This document shows, piece by piece, positions 62,390-64,000 of a stretch of 64,000 bases of DNA. Below the pieces are notes generated by a model, which saw only the letters and a list, made by a program, of their open reading frames with translations, was not told where the DNA came from and ran no database searches. How positions within the stretch are numbered: position 1 is the stretch's first letter; every line of letters begins with the position of its first letter. Made by a program: the position numbers and the translations under genes. The DNA is taken from NCBI GenBank assembly GCA_963769935.1, contig CAVYNY010000010.1, positions 640,001-704,000 on the forward strand, in the 5' to 3' direction. The stretch comes from an uncultured delta proteobacterium. GTDB taxonomy: Bacteria > Desulfobacterota > Desulfobacteria > Desulfobacterales > JAFDCJ01.

Positions 62390-62617
62390 TCAAATGTACG
62401 TCCTGATCCACCTCCTGAAAAACAGGACGATCTGGATTAGCGAAGAGACCATGAAAAAGATGTCTTTTGCTGTCTGCAAACTGGTGATATCGGTTTTTCT
62501 CTCATCGGTGGCAACGGCATAACCGCCGCCGGCTGCCCCCCCCTCGATCAATGCTGCTGTGCATCCGGTAGCTAAAAGCATTACAAAAACCATTAATAAC
62601 CCGAAATTCTTTTTCAT
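62390..62617 (-). CDS. Small lipoprotein resembling the N-terminus of BON-domain (DolP/YraP-like) proteins, probably truncated
   Basis: MKK signal, lipobox ATGC, GGAAGGGYAVATDER; no BON domain follows. Confidence 0.5.
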   Translation of the reverse strand: MKKNFGLLMVFVMLLATGCTAALIEGGAAGGGYAVATDERKTDITSLQTAKDIFFMVSSLIQIVLFFRRWIRTYI

Positions 62618-62925
62618 GGTTCCCAATGCCTTTCTTAAAAGTTAGTTGTTTAATCTTAAATTTGAATGCTTATTATTTATTCCGACATTGAATACCTGGT
62701 CCTGTGGACCAGGTAAGAGGAGATTGGCTTTGCCGTGAATCCAGGCCGTGGAATGATGGAATATTGGAATGTTGGCCCGCCCTGGCGCGACTCTTTTCTA
62801 AGTTGTTGGATCTAGTGCAATGATTAAATATTTTAGCCGGGCAGACTTTCTATGAAATCGGTCTGGGCCAGGGAATACTGGGTTGGGCGGAATGAGATCT
62901 GTTTTTATATGGAAGGATAGCCGTT

Positions 62926-63591
62926 ATGAAGCTGACCGACAATCTGCATGCCTTTATCTGGCAATCCATGACAACCAACAACTGCAATGCCTATCTTATT
63001 GACGGTCCCCAACGGATACTGATCGATCCCGGTCATCGGGCCCTGTTTGAGCATGTTCAAATAGGTCTCAAACAGCTTCAATTGACGATCGACGACATTG
63101 ATCTGATCATTTGCACGCACGCCCACCCGGATCACATAGAAGCGGTCCCGTTGTTTAGGTACAAACCTGCCTTATTCACCTTACACGAAGAGGAATGGCA
63201 CTGGGTGGCCACCATCGGGAAGCAGATGAGCGCTGCCTTTGGCATCGATATCGATGATTTTCGCCCTGATTTCTTTTTGAAGGAAGGGACCCTCTCGCTG
63301 GACGGGCTCGAGCTGGATATCATCCACACGCCCGGTCATTCGCCCGGCTCAGTAACTCTGTACTGGCCTCTGCAAAAAGTGCTGTTCACCGGCGATCTCG
63401 TGTTCAAGGAAGGAGTCGGACGCACGGATCTTCCCGGCGGTGACGGAGCCAAGCTCAAGGAAAGCATCAAAAGGCTGATGAATCTGGATGTGGAGTGGCT
63501 GCTGCCGGGGCACGGCGATATTATTTCCGGCGCCGAAAACGTAAAAAAGAATTTCGAAGGAATCGAGTCTTTTTATTTTACGTACGTATAG
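62926..63591 (+). CDS. Metallo-beta-lactamase fold hydrolase (glyoxalase II-like)
   Basis: ILIDPG, THAHPDH, HTPGHSPG, LFTGD, GRTDLPGG, PGHG. Confidence 0.93.
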   Translation: MKLTDNLHAFIWQSMTTNNCNAYLIDGPQRILIDPGHRALFEHVQIGLKQLQLTIDDIDLIICTHAHPDHIEAVPLFRYKPALFTLHEEEWHWVATIGKQMSAAFGIDIDDFRPDFFLKEGTLSLDGLELDIIHTPGHSPGSVTLYWPLQKVLFTGDLVFKEGVGRTDLPGGDGAKLKESIKRLMNLDVEWLLPGHGDIISGAENVKKNFEGIESFYFTYV

Positions 63592-63786
63592 GGCTGAGGG
63601 CATAGAGGACGGATAACCGAAGACAGAAGCTGGCAAGACTGGGAATATTGAAAGGCCGGTTCGGACTTCGACTTGGATTTAAATTGCTTAGAAGCAGCTT
63701 TAAAACCTCATTTCATACCGGATACGATATTAAGCTGGTAATCATCAAGTTGCTTTAAGACATGACATCAACTGAAATCTGCTATT

Positions 63787-64000
63787 ATGCTATCCACCAA
63801 GCTAAGAAAAGAGACAAAGGAATTTTTAATCGAAAATTTAGAGTCGGCATTATCTGATTTATTACCGAATAGAAAACGCGTCGATGTTGAAATTATCGAA
63901 CATCTCCTGGCGACTGTGGAATCAGCGAAACTCTTACAAGAGTCAATGCCGGTGGCTCAAAACTTAAAGTCGCGATTCAATTTGTTGGATTATTCCATTA
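63787..64000 (+). CDS. Hypothetical protein, 3' truncated by window edge
   Basis: ATG 63787 opens an AT-rich frame (MLSTKLRKETKEFLIENLESALSDLLPNRK...) with no stop before the window end. Confidence 0.5.
   Translation, partial: MLSTKLRKETKEFLIENLESALSDLLPNRKRVDVEIIEHLLATVESAKLLQESMPVAQNLKSRFNLLDYSI

Overview
Core-chromosome window of a GC-moderate Gram-negative anaerobe, most likely a Desulfobacterales-type member of Desulfobacterota (inferred from gene content and protein style). It runs from a trmD-SPOUT MTase-rplS-rnhB-yraN-rsmI cluster through an ADP-forming acyl-CoA ligase, a solitary ParM/Mad28-like actin, recQ and an envelope block (YihY, a 1365-aa repeat-expanded AsmA protein, PagL, an efflux OM channel, mlaEFDCA). 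It then enters a long central-carbon block: FdhF-like enzyme, glycerate kinase, tandem gap genes, pta, ackA, a GH13_18 phosphorylase, PGM, pyk, PFOR, class I fumarase, aceK-aceA, pntAB and a sirtuin. I recognised no tRNA, rRNA, CRISPR array or intact transposase. Five observations stand out. (1) A translationally coupled GAPDH pair in which one copy has lost conserved phosphate-binding residues. (2) MlaF fused to a degenerate GGDEF-like domain. (3) About 20 intergenic spacers built from nested palindromes of 7-9-mer repeats, with direct filled/empty-site evidence that small REP-like hairpins insert into each other. (4) An orphan actin-like gene. (5) A probable glucosylglycerate-to-acetate catabolic route, with isocitrate lyase and AceK beside PFOR. 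Clusters of single-base indels in pyk, pntA and one hypothetical gene may be sequencing errors. All functional calls come from motif recognition by eye; no searches were run.
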